Shown piece by piece: positions 61,291 to 64,000 of a DNA stretch of 64,000 nt. The stretch comes from Candidatus Spongiisociaceae bacterium (GTDB taxonomy: Bacteria > Actinomycetota > Acidimicrobiia > Spongiisociales > Spongiisociaceae): assembly GCA_965219685.1 (NCBI GenBank), contig CBDCOH010000002.1:1504001-1568000 (forward strand), read 5' to 3'. The translations under genes and the position numbers were made by a program. Below the pieces are notes generated by a model. The model was not told the origin of the DNA. It saw only the letters and a program-made list of their open reading frames with translations, and made no database searches. Position 1 is the first letter of the stretch, and every line of letters starts with the position of its first letter.

Positions 61291-62106
61291 TCAGCCGGCC
61301 AGGAAGTCGAGGATCACCTCGATGGACCGTTCTGCCTCCTCGACGTAGTGGGCGTGACCGCTGTGCTCGAAGACCTCCATCCGCCCGTTGGGAAGGTTCT
61401 CGGCCACGTACCGGGCACCGGCGCCGCCGGGACCCGCGTCGATCGGAGTGAGTATGTCGTGGAGGCCGACCATCACCAGCGCCGGTGCCGTGACCAGGGG
61501 CAGGACACCCCGGACATCGGTGTCGATCATCGCCTGGCAGGCGTCGATGAAGACGCTCAACTCCGTGTTGCGAGCCAGCACGTCCTTCGTGGCTATGAGA
61601 ATCTCATCGCCCATCTCGTCGAGGAACGGCCTGGCGAATGCCTTTGTAAGCAGTTCACGGGCCAGTTCCTCGGAAGCGACCCCGTAGGCCGAGGCCACGT
61701 CCTGCCAGATCCGGAACATGTGGACGCCCATCGCATCGCACTTGGCCACCGCGCCCGCCCCCATCAGCAGCTTGTCCACCTTCTGCGGGTAACGGGCCGC
61801 GAAGTCGAGCGCGATGAAGCTTCCCATCGAGCCACCGTGGATGTGGGCCTTCTCCACTTCGAGAAGTTCCATCAGAGCGGCCAGGTCGGCGCTCCACACC
61901 TCCAGCGTGTAGCGCTGGTCGGGACGGCTGCTCAGCCCGTATCCCCGGTGGTCGTAGTCGAGCACGCGGTAGTGCCGGGACAGACCCGGGGTGATGGTCT
62001 CGTAGCCCTCATGGGCGCTGACCGCACCGCCGATCTGCACCACCGTCTCGCCCTCACCCGAGAACCGGTACCAGATGTCCACTCCGTTGACCTCGACCGT
62101 CGGCAT
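61291..62106 (-). CDS. Alpha/beta fold hydrolase
   Basis: YDHRGYGLS, GGSMGS nucleophile elbow, HD, SGH. Confidence 0.88.
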   Translation of the reverse strand: MPTVEVNGVDIWYRFSGEGETVVQIGGAVSAHEGYETITPGLSRHYRVLDYDHRGYGLSSRPDQRYTLEVWSADLAALMELLEVEKAHIHGGSMGSFIALDFAARYPQKVDKLLMGAGAVAKCDAMGVHMFRIWQDVASAYGVASEELARELLTKAFARPFLDEMGDEILIATKDVLARNTELSVFIDACQAMIDTDVRGVLPLVTAPALVMVGLHDILTPIDAGPGGAGARYVAENLPNGRMEVFEHSGHAHYVEEAERSIEVILDFLAG

Positions 62107-62166
62107 CGTTGCCTCCCTCCGCTCAGGCCATGCAACCTAGCGCCGGGACGGGGCCGCCGGTGCGGA

Positions 62167-62994
62167 TCAGCCGCCTACCACCGGGTTGGTCAACCTCCCG
62201 ATGCCCTCTATCTCGAGGCTCACCACATCGCCCGACTGCAGGTATTCGGGCGGCGTGCGGGCGAATCCGACCCCGCTGGGCGTTCCCGTCGAGATCACCG
62301 CCCCGACGCCGAGAGTCAAGGACTGCGAGAGGTGGGACACGAGCGCGGGAACATCGAAGATCAGGTCCGAGGTCTCACCCGATTGCTTGAGCACGTCGTT
62401 CACCCAGAGCTTCACGCCGAGGTCGTCAGCGGCTCCCAACTCGTCGGCGGTGGTGATCCAGGGACCCATCGGTTTGAAGGTGTCGAGGGACTTGGCCCGA
62501 CTCCACTGGCCTTCCGTCCTCTGGATGTCACGGGCCGACACGTCGTTGACTATCACGTAGCCGGCCACGTAATCGAGAGCGTCCTCCACGGCTACGTCGC
62601 GGGCGCTCCTGCCGATTACCACCCCGAGTTCGACCTCCCAGTCGACCTCGTCGGTGAAGGGCGGAAGCCGGATCGGGTCGCCCGGGTCGATGATCGACGA
62701 GTTGAAGAAAGGAAAGCTGACCGGGGAGGTCGGCACCGCGGCGCCCGACTCGGCCGCGTGAGCCCGGTAGTTGAGCCCGATCCCGACGAACTGGGGAGGG
62801 TTCGGAACCGGGGCCAACAGGTCGACGCTCCCGAGGGCTGCTTCGCCGGTCGACCTCCGGGAGAGGTCGCCGAGCGCAGCCGGATCGCCCAGAACGTCCA
62901 TCAGGTCGGGGCCGCCGGTCACGGGGCGTACCGTGTCGCCATCGACGAATCCCCAGCCGTCCATTCCATCTGCCCTGAATCGAGCTATCCGCAT
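62167..62994 (-). CDS. Fumarylacetoacetate hydrolase family protein
   Basis: IGLNYRAHAAE, VDWEVELGVVIG, NDVSARD, AKSLDTF, STGTPSGVG. Confidence 0.92.
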   Translation of the reverse strand: MRIARFRADGMDGWGFVDGDTVRPVTGGPDLMDVLGDPAALGDLSRRSTGEAALGSVDLLAPVPNPPQFVGIGLNYRAHAAESGAAVPTSPVSFPFFNSSIIDPGDPIRLPPFTDEVDWEVELGVVIGRSARDVAVEDALDYVAGYVIVNDVSARDIQRTEGQWSRAKSLDTFKPMGPWITTADELGAADDLGVKLWVNDVLKQSGETSDLIFDVPALVSHLSQSLTLGVGAVISTGTPSGVGFARTPPEYLQSGDVVSLEIEGIGRLTNPVVGG

Positions 62995-63061
62995 CACCAC
63001 ACTTCCGCTTAGGCTGGGCGGCATTGTATATGATCGTTGCCGGCCCGAAGGAGGTGTACGG

Positions 63062-63454
63062 ATGGGGATCGAGGCAGTCGAAGTCGATGCGCTCAGCCCA
63101 CCTCCCGAGCCGTACTCCCACGCGATCAGGGCCGGGAACACGCTGTACCTGGCCGGCCAGGTCGCCTTCGACCGCAACGGCGACATCGTGGGCGACACCG
63201 TGGAGGAACAGGCCCGCCAGGTCTGGCGGAACATCCGTGACATCCTGGAGGCCGCGGGCAGTTCGATAGCGGACGTGGTGAAGGTCACCTACATCATGCA
63301 GGACATCCGGGAGATCTCCGAGGAGTTCCCGGTCCGGGAGGAAGTCTTCGAGGGGAGGCCGTTCCCGGCCGTCACCGCCATGCAGGCGGCGGCCCTCGGC
63401 CTCCCCGGGCTCAAGATGGAGGTTGATGTGATCGCAGTGACCGGCGATGGATGA
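63062..63454 (+). CDS. RidA/YjgF/UK114 family protein
   Basis: PYSHAI..GNTLYLAGQV, EQA..V..NI..IL..AG, PAVT, EVDVIA; RBS aaggagg. Confidence 0.9.
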   Translation: MGIEAVEVDALSPPPEPYSHAIRAGNTLYLAGQVAFDRNGDIVGDTVEEQARQVWRNIRDILEAAGSSIADVVKVTYIMQDIREISEEFPVREEVFEGRPFPAVTAMQAAALGLPGLKMEVDVIAVTGDG

Positions 63455-63635
63455 CCTCACCCACTCCCGCGTCGCGGAGTTGCTGAGACAGAGCGGGCTC
63501 GATGGACCGGCTTTCGACGTGGCTGCCTTAGCCGAGGGGTTGGCAGCCGCAAGGGTGGACAGGAGAGAACTGGAGCGCTTGCTGGAGGACCGGGCCGTGG
63601 AGTACGCAACGACGTTCGAGCCGGAGTGGCGATAG
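63447..63635 (+). CDS. Small protein, possible amidase accessory subunit (GatC/AtzG-like)
   Basis: 62 aa helical; ends EYATTFEP.W; overlaps both ridA and the amidase start. Confidence 0.5.
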   Translation: MDDLTHSRVAELLRQSGLDGPAFDVAALAEGLAAARVDRRELERLLEDRAVEYATTFEPEWR

Positions 63636-64000
63636 TGGCTGCGGCAGGCTGGATCGCAGAAGCGGCGGCAAGTCTCAGGAGCGGCGCCACCACCTCGGTG
63701 AAGTTGACCAGGAGTGCGCTGGACGGGATCGAGCGGGTGAACGATCGGCTCAACGCATTCGTACTGGTCGACCGCAACGGTGCCCTGTCAGCCGCCGAAA
63801 CAGCCGACGCCTTACTCCGATCCGGGGAAGATGCAGGTCCCCTCACCGGGATCCCCGTTGGGGTCAAGGACATCATCGACATGGCGGGGCTGCCCACACG
63901 GTGCGGGTCGCCCGCGTTCTCCGACCGGGCCCGATCGACGGATGCGACCATCGTCACCAGGCTGCGGGAGGCCGGGGCGGTGATGGTCGGGAAGACCACG
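63635..64000 (+). CDS. Amidase signature family enzyme, 5' part (runs off window)
   Basis: Manual translation from GTG 63635: ...LRSGATTSVKLT...LNAFV...GPLTGIPVGVKDII...DATIVTRLREAGAVMVGKTT. Confidence 0.88.
   Translation, partial: MAAAGWIAEAAASLRSGATTSVKLTRSALDGIERVNDRLNAFVLVDRNGALSAAETADALLRSGEDAGPLTGIPVGVKDIIDMAGLPTRCGSPAFSDRARSTDATIVTRLREAGAVMVGKTT

Overview
High-GC actinobacterial chromosome segment, most like Acidimicrobiia (inference from gene content and order). It is mostly housekeeping and metabolic genes: pgm/pmm, gap, ferredoxin, aroK, ppdK, galU-moeA-moaC, plsY, mobA, uppP, mrp, acnA, udg-tsaEB-rimI-tsaD, groES-groEL with tandem CIRCE, and alr. It also has a tRNA-Ala(CGC) and an ~18 kb TetR-associated catabolic and ABC-uptake block (15.9-33.4 kb). 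I found no CRISPR array, integrase, transposase or prophage. The most unusual signals are: (1) about a dozen intergenic 7-bp tandem-repeat tracts with a strong polarity, G/T-rich strand right after stop codons and C/A-rich strand before starts or promoters, including two inverted-arm 'empty cassettes' and a 62-bp element present twice; (2) a GAPDH paralogue lacking the catalytic Cys, translationally coupled to a normal gap; (3) a translin/TRAX-like nuclease gene directly upstream of the tRNA; (4) a CoA-ligase/hydrolase fusion operon with a candidate shared operator; (5) a pseudoknotted, SAM-IV-like leader candidate; (6) internally deleted gene remnants. All product calls come from motif recognition by eye, not database searches.
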